Assembly (NCBI GenBank): GCA_965262915.1
Contig: OZ253564.1
Location: 32,001-96,000 of the forward strand
Length of the DNA stretch: 64,000 nucleotides
DNA from: Candidatus Spongiisociaceae bacterium
GTDB taxonomy: Bacteria; Actinomycetota; Acidimicrobiia; Spongiisociales; Spongiisociaceae
Direction of reading: 5' to 3'
Position numbers and translations under genes: made by a program. Positions 54,315 through 64,000 of the stretch are shown in pieces; the first letter of the stretch is position 1; each line of letters begins with the position of its first letter. The notes below the pieces were generated by a model, which ran no database searches, was not told the origin of the DNA, and was given only the letters and a program-made list of their open reading frames with translations.

Positions 54315-54639
54315 GTCAGGTGTCAGGTGTGCCAGGTGCCAGGTGCCAGGGGGGCTAGGTGCCAGTCCTGGATGATCGGTTCTGCGGCCGCCGACGGCAC
54401 GGACAGATCACCAACCCAACTCAAACGCACCGAGAATCCTTCAGTCCCGCCAATCACCCCCGACACCCGAAACAGGTGCTAGGTACCAGGTGCCAGGTGC
54501 CAGTCCTCGATGATCGGTTCTGTAGCCGCCGACGGCACGGACAGATCACCAACCCAACTCAAACACACCGAGAAATCCTTCAGTCACCCCCGACACCTGG
54601 CACCTGGCTGGCACCTGACACCTGACACCCGACACCTGG

Positions 54640-54640
<1 letters not shown>
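54315..54640. repeat. ~139-bp tandem duplication bracketed by inverted heptamer (GTGYCAG)n tracts
   Basis: GTGCCAGTCCT.GATGATCGGTTCTG..GGCACGGACAGATCACCAACCCAACTCAAAC occurs twice; (GTGYCAG)n on the left, (CTGRCAC)n on the right. Confidence 0.85.
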
Positions 54641-56109
<1,469 letters not shown>

Positions 56110-56136
56110 GTGGCTTGCTCCTTGGGCTCTCGCTGA

Positions 56137-56362
56137 CTAGTGGTAGGTCTGTGAAATGGCGGCGTGGCACGCTGGATCATTTTGCAAACAGGACCACGGT
56201 GGTCTGTCTGTGAAATGGTGGTGTGACATGCGCCGGCAGCGGCGTTCCTCGCAAGGCCCGCCGACGAAGGCATACGCGCAGCGGTACGTCGAGGAGGCGG
56301 AACGCTGCGAGGGGCGTCGATGACAAGCAGGGCACGCCGGATCATTTTGCAGACAGATCATT
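56137..56362. mobile_element. MITE family B, short + long tandem between the regulator and ahcY; supplies the regulator's stop codon
   Basis: CTAGTGGTAGGTCTGTGAAAT.. short unit, then long unit GGTGGTCTGTCTGTGAAAT..TTTTGCAGACAGATCA. Confidence 0.85.
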
Positions 56363-57319
56363 GGATACGGACATCTGTTGGGATCGGCGGCCGGCGGCCA
56401 CGAACAGGCCGGGACCCGTGGCGGCGCGGTCGGGTGGCAGGGACCGGATCACTACCCGATCGAACCCCGCTCGATCGAGGATCCTCTCGATGTTGGCGCT
56501 ATCGAACCCCAGCCAGACATGGCCCATGCGTTCCGCGAGCGCCTCGTCCTCGTGCTGCTCCATATCGACGATCATCAGCCGGGCACCCGTTTTCATGACC
56601 CGGGCCGCCTCGCGAATGACCCGCGCCGGATCCGCCACGTGGTGCAACACGAGGAACAGCGTGGCTGCGTCGAGGGACCGGTCGCCGATGGGCAGGGCCT
56701 CGAGATCACCGTTGCGTACCTCCACGTTGCACAACCCGGACAGGTTCTTCCTGGCTGCCTGAAGCATCGCGCTCGAGCCGTCCACTGCAATGACCCTCGC
56801 TACGAAGGGCGCCACCATCAGCGACACGTTTCCGGTCCCGCACCCGAGATCCCCGACCGTCCAGGCCGGGTCGAGGAGACCGAGCAGTCCCAGCAGATCG
56901 AACCGGTCACCGAACAACTCCGTCCTCACCCGCGCCCAGGCTTCTCCGGTCCTTGAGAAGTAGGCCTCGGAGGCCTCCCGGCGGGCTGCGAGGACCTCGG
57001 CCAACCGGGCACTGTCCGCTTGAATCTGCGCCAGGTCGGCGACACCCGAACCGACGAGATCCCACAAGCGGCGTCCCCCGTCGTCGGCGGACGCCGGCGC
57101 CAGGCTGTAGAAATGACGGGTGCCCTCTCTCCTCCTGGTCACCCAGCGGTGATCCAGCAGCACCTTCAGATGGCGGCTGGTGGTGGACTGCGGGAGCTCG
57201 AGGACCCGGCACAGATCGCCTACGGTCAGTTCGTGATCCTCGAGCACCGAGAGCAGTCGAACCCGTGTCAGGTCCGACAGCACTGACAGATGACCGAAGA
57301 TCTCCGCCGTCGAAGTCAC
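56342..57319 (-). CDS. ArsR-family HTH fused to a class I methyltransferase domain (SahR/SamR-like SAM-cycle regulator)
   Basis: LSDLTRVRLL, PQSTTSRHLKVL, DLGCGTG, LHH and GHVWLGF motifs; directly upstream of ahcY. Confidence 0.88.
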   Translation of the reverse strand: MTSTAEIFGHLSVLSDLTRVRLLSVLEDHELTVGDLCRVLELPQSTTSRHLKVLLDHRWVTRRREGTRHFYSLAPASADDGGRRLWDLVGSGVADLAQIQADSARLAEVLAARREASEAYFSRTGEAWARVRTELFGDRFDLLGLLGLLDPAWTVGDLGCGTGNVSLMVAPFVARVIAVDGSSAMLQAARKNLSGLCNVEVRNGDLEALPIGDRSLDAATLFLVLHHVADPARVIREAARVMKTGARLMIVDMEQHEDEALAERMGHVWLGFDSANIERILDRAGFDRVVIRSLPPDRAATGPGLFVAAGRRSQQMSVSNDLSAK

Positions 57320-57349
57320 CGCGGCTTGAACCTCCTTACCTTTAGATCA

Positions 57350-57377
57350 ATCCGTATATCCGGGTGAACAGATTATA
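57350..57377 (-). promoter_or_regulatory. TATAAT promoter with a downstream palindromic candidate operator
   Basis: ATCCGTATATCCGGGT (12/16 palindromic) at 57350-57365; -10 box at 57372-57377. Confidence 0.5.
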
Positions 57378-57669
57378 CGGAGAATGCCAAACTTGCGCGG
57401 CAAGCGATCCCGGGAACGAGCGGGCGCGCACTCAAGGTCGGGAGCGTGATCCGGACATCAAAGAGGTGCTCGGGAAAGTTTCCCTCCGGCTGAGAGGGTT
57501 TAGGGACGAGAACCTGCATAAACTTTTATCTTCTTCCCGGCTCAACCGTGGGTCGGGCCGGGGCGATGGTAAGCGTGCTGCTCGAGAAGCGGATCGTACG
57601 TGTTTCACCGGAATCGCCGGTGGTGCAGCCAAGCACCCCGGCACACCGCGGGAAAAAGAAGGAGAATGC

Positions 57670-59148
57670 ATGACACTAAAACTCACCAAGATCTTTGCGC
57701 TCATGGCGACGCTGGCTCTGGTTGCCGCCGCGTGCGGCGGGGACACCGAAGAAGGGCCACCCCCGCCGCCCGAAACCGTGGTCGTGACATCGATCGTCAC
57801 AGAAACCGAGACCATCACCGAGACCGTCACGTCGGTCGTTACCGAGACGGTCACCGAAACCGTCACCGAAACCGTCGAGGTCGAGGTCGAAGTCCCGGTC
57901 GAAGTCGAGGTCGAGGTCGAGGTCGAGATGGAGAATCCCCTTGCCGGTACTACGGTGACGGTGTTCGGACCGGAAAGCTCCGATGCCGAGGCCGGATCTC
58001 ACCAGGCGGCGCTCGACATCTTCGCGGCCCAGAACGGCATGACCATCAGCTACACGGGCGAGAGAAGCTTCTCGGATCTGATCAACGCCCAAGCGGCGGG
58101 CGGTAATCCTCCCGATATCGCGGTGTTCCCGCAGCCGGGGAAGATCGCCGACTTCGCCCGCGAGGGATGGCTGCTGCCCATACCGGACGATGTTCTGGAG
58201 ACGATGAACGCCAACATCGGTGCAGCGTGGAACGCCTTCGGCAACGTTGACGGTATCCAGTACGCCATACCGACCAAGGCCGACCTGAAGTCGCTGGTGT
58301 GGTACCGCCCGGCCGATTTCTCGACCAACGGGTATGCGGTGCCGACTACGTGGGGCGAACTCAAGACTCTGTCCCAGCAAATGATCGACGACGGTAACGT
58401 GCCGTGGTGTATAGGCATCGAATCCGGGGGCGCCACCGGATGGGCCTTCACCGACTGGGTCGAGGACCTGACCCTCCGTTATCAGGGGGCAGATTTCTAC
58501 GACGAGTGGGTGGCCCACACGATCCCGTTCAACACACCCGAGATGAACGGCATCTGGACCGAGATCCTTGAGTTGTGGAATACGCCGGGCGCGGTCTATG
58601 CAGAAGGCGGCACGATCTCCTCCACCTTCTTCGGCGACAACGGAAGGCCGCTGGTCGAGGGCGACTGCATGATGCACCGCCAGGCCTCGTTCTTCTCGGC
58701 GTTCTTCCCGGACGGCACGGCCTTCGGGCCCGACGGAGTGGATATCTTCTACTTCCCGTCGGTGAAGGGTGACCGCCCGGTGCTGGGCGCCGGGACGCTG
58801 GTGGCCGCATTCCGCGACGCCCCCGAGGTGTGGGCCGTCATGGAGTATTACGCCACCGCGCAGTACGCCGACAACCGGCAGCGGTTCCAGAACCTGTCCA
58901 AGGGTGGTGGAGCGGTACTGAGCGGGTTCCTGTCGCCCAACCTCAACGCCGACCTGAGCCTGTACCAGCCCCTGGAACAGTCCTTCCTGGACATCCTGTT
59001 CACCGCAGAGGTGGTCCGGTTCGACGGTTCGGACCTGATGCCGGCCGCGGTCGGCGCCGGGTCGTTCTGGACCGAGTCGACCAGCGCGGTCAACGGAGAC
59101 AAGACGGTCGAGGAGGCGACCCAGGCCATCGAGAACTCCTGGCCCTGA
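57670..59148 (+). CDS. sugar ABC transporter substrate-binding lipoprotein (alpha-glucoside AglE-like)
   Basis: Lipobox LVAAA-C, TVTE/VEVE low-complexity linker, GGNPPDIA, WCIGIESGGATGW and RFDGSDLMP motifs. Confidence 0.9.
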   Translation: MTLKLTKIFALMATLALVAAACGGDTEEGPPPPPETVVVTSIVTETETITETVTSVVTETVTETVTETVEVEVEVPVEVEVEVEVEMENPLAGTTVTVFGPESSDAEAGSHQAALDIFAAQNGMTISYTGERSFSDLINAQAAGGNPPDIAVFPQPGKIADFAREGWLLPIPDDVLETMNANIGAAWNAFGNVDGIQYAIPTKADLKSLVWYRPADFSTNGYAVPTTWGELKTLSQQMIDDGNVPWCIGIESGGATGWAFTDWVEDLTLRYQGADFYDEWVAHTIPFNTPEMNGIWTEILELWNTPGAVYAEGGTISSTFFGDNGRPLVEGDCMMHRQASFFSAFFPDGTAFGPDGVDIFYFPSVKGDRPVLGAGTLVAAFRDAPEVWAVMEYYATAQYADNRQRFQNLSKGGGAVLSGFLSPNLNADLSLYQPLEQSFLDILFTAEVVRFDGSDLMPAAVGAGSFWTESTSAVNGDKTVEEATQAIENSWP

Positions 59149-59184
59149 GCCGGTAACCTGAAGGCTAGATAGACGGTAGTGCTG

Positions 59185-59212
59185 GTGGGCGCCCCGGAGA
59201 CGGGGTGCCCAC
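59185..59212 (+). terminator. intergenic stem-loop after the SBP gene (terminator or mRNA stabiliser)
   Basis: GTGGGCGCCCCG-GAGA-CGGGGTGCCCAC. Confidence 0.7.
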
Positions 59213-59338
59213 TGCCCTATTACATATGTGCCCACACGGAGGTCGAGTTGTCGACAGGATGAGACCCAAATCAGGCGCAATCAAACCCTTAGCAGGCGCG
59301 GTCGCGACGAGACGGCTACGTAGATCGGGGTTCGCCAG

Positions 59339-61438
59339 ATGGTAGGGATTCTCAACTGGGTGGTCAACCTCGTCATGGCTGCCTGTATCGGTGTGGGAGT
59401 CACACTCTGGATCAACCGGGGCGCCAAGACATCGAACGCCCGCAAGGTGGCGGCGGTTGCGACCGGCGTGGTCCTCAGCGGCGCCTCGTTGTGGGGTGTG
59501 ATAGCCGTCGAGAAGCTGGAGAACACCGCGAGGGGGGTAGTGGTGTCAATCGTGGCGAGCGCACTGATATTCATCGCCGCCAACCAGCTCTTCGACCTCG
59601 CACCCAACCGATGGGCCATCTTCACCACCTTGGTCGGCGCGGGCGGGGCCTTTCTGGTCTACGCCTTGTTGTGGGGAAACCGAGCCATCGACGATCCGGT
59701 CCTGCGCACGGTGATCGCAACCCTCGTGGGCGCGGTTGCCGGTTACCTGTTGGGAACGGTCCACCACAAGTGGTTCCGGCTGGCCATCGGAATCGGTACC
59801 GGCGGGGCCTTGGGTGCGCTCGCGGCATCCGGGATGCGGAAGGTGATCCTGGTCTTCGAACTCGAGCGGGGGAACTTCGAGTTGTGGCCCGTCCTTCCTT
59901 ACGTCGACTACGGCGTTCTGGCAGGCGCCACCCTGGTCGGTGCAGTGGTCGGGCTCCTTCTGTGGCAGGCCAGAGGCCGTAGGAACCCGCCGACGCGCCC
60001 TGCGATACTCGGCGCCACGATCGGATTCCTATTCGGAGGATGGCTGCTTCCGAGCCTCGGCTCGGGAACCAAGACGGACGCCCTGATAGCGGCCATCGGT
60101 GTAGGGGTGGGGGTCGGAGCCTTAATCGGCCTCAAACCCATTCCCGACCAGACGGAACGGAGGCGCATCGAGGATGCCTCGCGCGCCTACATCTTCCTGG
60201 TCCCCGCGTTGGGGTTCATCGCCGCCACCCTCATCATCCCGACTCTACGGACCCTGTTCCTCTCGTTCCACGGCTCGCGCGGTCGGGAGTACGTCGGGTT
60301 CGTCAACTACCGGGACGTTTTCACCAGTCCCAACATCTTCAACGTCGAAGGCTGGGCCGGCATCTTCACGAGCAGGCTCTTCGTAGTGGGCGTCATCCTG
60401 GTCCTCGCCGGATTGATCGTGTCCATCCTGGTGGGCCGGCGCAGCGGCTACGCCATCCGTTTCTCGCCCGGCTCGGCCGGTGGCGCGGCCGTGGGTGTGG
60501 TGCTCGTCGCTTTCGCGGTCTTTGCCGCCTTGCGGGGGACCGTGCTCAACAACCTCTGGTGGGTGTTCACCGTGACGGTCCTGTCCGCGTCCGCCGGGCT
60601 GGCAATCGCGGTGCTGGCGGACCGGGCCAAATGGGAGTCGTTCGCCAAGGCCCTGATCTTCATGCCGATGGCCATCTCGTTCGTGGGCGCCGGTGTTATC
60701 TGGCGCTTCATGTACCTGGCGCGCGACGTGTCCAAACCCCAGACCGGGGTGCTCAACACGGTGTGGGTGGGGATCGGCAAGCTGAGCCTTTCTCGCGGAC
60801 CGGGATTCTTCGTGGCGGTCATCCTGTGCGTGGTTCTGGCAGCCCTGCTGGTACGCCTGGCGGGCCGGGCCTGGCGGGCCGGCGAGCGCACGGTCGGGGT
60901 GGGAGCGGCGATCTCCTCGCTGCCGCTCATCTGGTTCGCCTATGCACTAGGGCGAGGGATCGGGGGGTTCGAGGTACGCGACAACGGGGACGTGGTCGCC
61001 TCCACTATCCAGTTCGTGCAGAAGGCCCCGTTCAACAACGTATGGTTGATGCTGGTCCTGATCTGGATCCAGACCGGATTCACGATGGTGATCTTCTCGG
61101 CGGCCATCAAGGCGGTTCCCTCCGACCTGATCGAGGCAGCCCGGGTGGACGGCGCATCCGAGTCGCAGACCTTCTGGCGGGTCATCATTCCCCACATATC
61201 CCCGACCATCGGAGTGGTGATCACAACCCTGATCGTGCTGGTCATGAAGGTGTTCGACATCGTCAAGGTGATGACCAACGGCAACTTCGGCACCCAGGTC
61301 ATCGCCAATGAGATGTGGCAGCGCGCTTTCACCGAATTGAACTTCGGCCTCGGTTCGGCACTGGCGGTGGTCCTGTTCATCGCGGTGCTGCCCATCCTCT
61401 ACATCAACATACGCCGAATGCAGAAGGCGGCCGCCTGA
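59339..61438 (+). CDS. sugar ABC transporter permease (AglF-like) with long N-terminal membrane extension
   Basis: FMPMAISFVGA, WIQTGF and EAARVDGA motifs. Confidence 0.9.
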   Translation: MVGILNWVVNLVMAACIGVGVTLWINRGAKTSNARKVAAVATGVVLSGASLWGVIAVEKLENTARGVVVSIVASALIFIAANQLFDLAPNRWAIFTTLVGAGGAFLVYALLWGNRAIDDPVLRTVIATLVGAVAGYLLGTVHHKWFRLAIGIGTGGALGALAASGMRKVILVFELERGNFELWPVLPYVDYGVLAGATLVGAVVGLLLWQARGRRNPPTRPAILGATIGFLFGGWLLPSLGSGTKTDALIAAIGVGVGVGALIGLKPIPDQTERRRIEDASRAYIFLVPALGFIAATLIIPTLRTLFLSFHGSRGREYVGFVNYRDVFTSPNIFNVEGWAGIFTSRLFVVGVILVLAGLIVSILVGRRSGYAIRFSPGSAGGAAVGVVLVAFAVFAALRGTVLNNLWWVFTVTVLSASAGLAIAVLADRAKWESFAKALIFMPMAISFVGAGVIWRFMYLARDVSKPQTGVLNTVWVGIGKLSLSRGPGFFVAVILCVVLAALLVRLAGRAWRAGERTVGVGAAISSLPLIWFAYALGRGIGGFEVRDNGDVVASTIQFVQKAPFNNVWLMLVLIWIQTGFTMVIFSAAIKAVPSDLIEAARVDGASESQTFWRVIIPHISPTIGVVITTLIVLVMKVFDIVKVMTNGNFGTQVIANEMWQRAFTELNFGLGSALAVVLFIAVLPILYINIRRMQKAAA

Positions 61439-62388
61439 TGACGGCACTCGGCGGCGTAGGTGGCCCGGGCCTCGGCAAGCGGACCTACGCCTTTCTGCGG
61501 TCCATTCCAACGTGGGTGCTGTGGTTGCTCGTCCTCTTGTGGACGATTCCCAGCCTCGGCCTGTTCGTAAACTCGTTCCGGACCAGGAACGCCCAGCGAT
61601 CCAGCGGGTGGTGGCACACCCCGTTCGAGAACTATTCCGAGAATCTAACCCTCGACAACTACATCGACATCTTGACGGCCGGCGCGCAAGGCGGCCTGTG
61701 GCGCGCTCTGCTCAACTCCCTGGCCATAGCGCTACCCGCCACGGTGATCCCGATCGCCTTTGCCGCCTTTGCCGCCTACGCCTTCGCCTGGATCGACTTC
61801 AAGGGACGGGAGTGGCTGTTCATCGCCACCGTGTCCCTGCTGGCCATCCCCGCCCAGATGTCGCTGATCCCGCTCCTGCAGCTGTACAGCGGCGGAGGGC
61901 ACCTGACCATTCCCTTCCTTGAAAAGACCCTGACCCTGTTCCCCGATCTCGACCTGGCGGGCAGGCACATATCGGTGTGGCTTACCCACACCGGCTTCGC
62001 GCTGCCCTTCGCCATCTTCCTGCTCCACAACTACATCAGCGGGTTGCCCAAGGACATCTTCGAATCGGCTGTCATCGATGGCGCCGACCACTTCAAGATC
62101 TTCTGGCGGCTGGTCATCCCGCTGTCGATTCCTGTTCTGGCGGCCTTCGCCATCTTCCAGTTCCTCTGGACCTACAACGACTACCTGATCGCCGTCACCA
62201 TGCTGGGCGGGGCTGGACACAACTTCCCCGCCACCGCTCGCATCGCCGCTCTGTCGGGCGAGTTCGGACAGGCGGAACACCTGCTGACCGCCGGCGCGTT
62301 CCTCTCCACCCTGCTCCCGATCATCGTGTTCTTCGCCCTACAGCGGTTCTTCGTGAAGGGGATCCTGGCTGGCTCGGTAAAGGGCTAG
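61438..62388 (+). CDS. sugar ABC transporter permease (AglG-like)
   Basis: AAYAFAW, ESAVIDGA, FQFLWTYND and LQRFFVKGILAGSVKG motifs. Confidence 0.92.
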   Translation: MTALGGVGGPGLGKRTYAFLRSIPTWVLWLLVLLWTIPSLGLFVNSFRTRNAQRSSGWWHTPFENYSENLTLDNYIDILTAGAQGGLWRALLNSLAIALPATVIPIAFAAFAAYAFAWIDFKGREWLFIATVSLLAIPAQMSLIPLLQLYSGGGHLTIPFLEKTLTLFPDLDLAGRHISVWLTHTGFALPFAIFLLHNYISGLPKDIFESAVIDGADHFKIFWRLVIPLSIPVLAAFAIFQFLWTYNDYLIAVTMLGGAGHNFPATARIAALSGEFGQAEHLLTAGAFLSTLLPIIVFFALQRFFVKGILAGSVKG

Positions 62389-62439
62389 CCTAGACAACTT
62401 TTGTTACATCATCACTCCGACATTTGATGCACTGGCCAG

Positions 62440-63726
62440 GTGTCAGGAGTTAGATCGAGTGTTGTTGGGAAGTTGGACGGGTACGTTCCGCGCGTCGTAG
62501 ATTCCGAGGTTGTGGCAGCACTTCGTTCCGTCCCTGCCGTAGTCATCGAGGGCCCGCGCGCCTGCGGCAAGACAACGACCGGGCGTGAACACACGCGCAG
62601 CGAGGTGATGTTTGGCTCGGACGCCGCTGCCCGATTGGTGGCGGAGATCCATCCGGAGGCGATACTGAATGGTCCGGAGCCCCGCCTCCTGGATGAGTGG
62701 CAGTTGGCGCCCCACGTCTGGAATCAGGTGCGAGCGGCAGGCGATGACGGTCGCCGGCCTGGCAGGTTCATCCTGACGGGTTCCGCTGTGCCTGCGGACG
62801 ACGTCACCCGGCATAGCGGTGCGGGCCGGATCACCCGTGTTCGGATGCGTCCGATGTCCCTCTACGAGTCGGGGCTCTCGACGGAAGAGGCATCTCTGGC
62901 AGACCTGTTCGCCTCTTCCGTCGGCTACGTGGAACGACCTGATGCGACTCTGCAAGACTTGATAGAGGCCGCTTGCCGGGGAGGCTGGCCTGCAACCATC
63001 GATCTGAATACCCGCTCGGCTCAGGACTACGCAGTCTCTTACTTGAGCGAGATCTGCCGTGCTGACATACCGCTACTCGGCGGACCATCACGTGATCCGA
63101 TCGGGGTGGACCGCCTACTACGATCCCTCGCCCGGAATGTATCCACCGAAGCATCGCAGCGCACCCTCGCTCGCGACGCCGGAGGTGAGAATCCACTTGA
63201 TCCGCGTTCGGTCGCAGCGTACCTCGACGCGCTTCGGAGGGTGTTCGTGGTCGAGGACCAGCCGGCGTGGTCGACACGGCTTCGCTCGCGGACCCTCCTT
63301 CGACAATCCGCCAAGCGCCACTTGGTGGATCCCTCTTTGGCAGCGGCAGCTCTTCACGCTGACCCCGAGCGGTTCTGGCGCGACCTGGCTTCCTTCGGTC
63401 TCCTGTTCGAATCGATGGTGGTTAGGGACCTGAGGGTATATGCGCAGTCTATCCGGGCCCGAGTGGCTCACTATCGAGACAGCGCCGGATTGGAGATTGA
63501 CGCGATCGTTGAACGTCGGGACGGTGCCTGGATTGCGATAGAGGTCAAACTGGGGGGAGACGATGCCACCGACACGGCTGCTTCGGCCTTGCTGAAACTT
63601 CGAGACAAGGTAGATCCTGAGCATGCCGGAAAGCCCTCCAACCTGGTGGTTGTGACTGCGAGCGGTTTCGGATATCTCCGGCCTGACGGTGTCCAAGTCA
63701 TGCCCATCACCGTGCTGGGGCCCTAG
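62440..63726 (+). CDS. AAA-family ATPase (AAA_14 + DUF4143, C-terminal PD-(D/E)xK-like)
   Basis: GPRACGKTT, LLDEWQ, FILTGS, GGWP, GLLFES and EIDAIVE..AIEVK motifs. Confidence 0.9.
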   Translation: MSGVRSSVVGKLDGYVPRVVDSEVVAALRSVPAVVIEGPRACGKTTTGREHTRSEVMFGSDAAARLVAEIHPEAILNGPEPRLLDEWQLAPHVWNQVRAAGDDGRRPGRFILTGSAVPADDVTRHSGAGRITRVRMRPMSLYESGLSTEEASLADLFASSVGYVERPDATLQDLIEAACRGGWPATIDLNTRSAQDYAVSYLSEICRADIPLLGGPSRDPIGVDRLLRSLARNVSTEASQRTLARDAGGENPLDPRSVAAYLDALRRVFVVEDQPAWSTRLRSRTLLRQSAKRHLVDPSLAAAALHADPERFWRDLASFGLLFESMVVRDLRVYAQSIRARVAHYRDSAGLEIDAIVERRDGAWIAIEVKLGGDDATDTAASALLKLRDKVDPEHAGKPSNLVVVTASGFGYLRPDGVQVMPITVLGP

Positions 63727-63841
63727 AAAACGTCACCCAGAGCGTCGAGTAGACGCCACCAGAACGGCAAGTGTCCAAAGCCAGGGGTTCCGCCCCCGCT
63801 CCGAGCTGTAGAGTAGAGAGGCGGCACGGTTCCGGCACCGG

Positions 63842-63975
63842 TCAGGCTCTCCGTCCCGCTGTCGGTACTGCACGGACCCCGGCATGCTAGGCATGCTAGA
63901 GGTAGTTCTCTTGGCGCCGCGACTGTCGCGTCAGCGCGATATGCTCGTCGCGACGATAACGACGGGACAGCCTGA
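63842..63975. mobile_element. possible MITE
   Basis: Imperfect TIR TCAGGCTCTCCGTC ... GACGGGACAGCCTGA. Confidence 0.3.
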
Positions 63976-64000
63976 TCACTCACCTCAGGTCCTTGGCCCA

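Noticed and set aside
56110-56340. SAH/SAM riboswitch upstream of ahcY
   Set aside because: The interval is occupied by MITE family B, which also occurs at unrelated loci
57775-57930. GTCACCGAR/GTCGAG repeats as a DNA element
   Set aside because: They simply encode the TVTE/VEVE linker of the SBP lipoprotein

Overview
GC-rich actinobacterial chromosome segment. Acidimicrobiia-like is inferred from the gene set, the HspR/HAIR and ARG boxes and the frequent leaderless starts. Housekeeping blocks (add, panB, clpB; nfo-pyrE-uppS; pepP; argR-argG-argH; ArsR/methyltransferase-ahcY; a sugar ABC transporter) alternate with accessory regions. (i) 1-2.6 kb is a mosaic of decayed aromatic-catabolism fragments. 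(ii) Hydrolase-rich clusters hold three phosphotriesterase-like paralogues, an arylsulfatase, CocE/NonD, amidases and a haloalkane dehalogenase. (iii) An island after clpB carries a triply nested IS (ISL3 < IS3 < IS30, with TSDs readable for the two inner elements), then an array of at least 5 same-orientation palindromic sites (CAGCGGA-N7-TCCGYTG) separating small orphan ORFs, which looks like a cassette array. (iv) A mini-Tn3 relic is followed by an ApeA/HEPN-like defence gene split by a MITE plus an IS1380. At least two multi-copy MITE families occupy intergenic regions and donate stop codons. No tRNA, rRNA or CRISPR array was seen. All family calls come from motif recognition without database searches.
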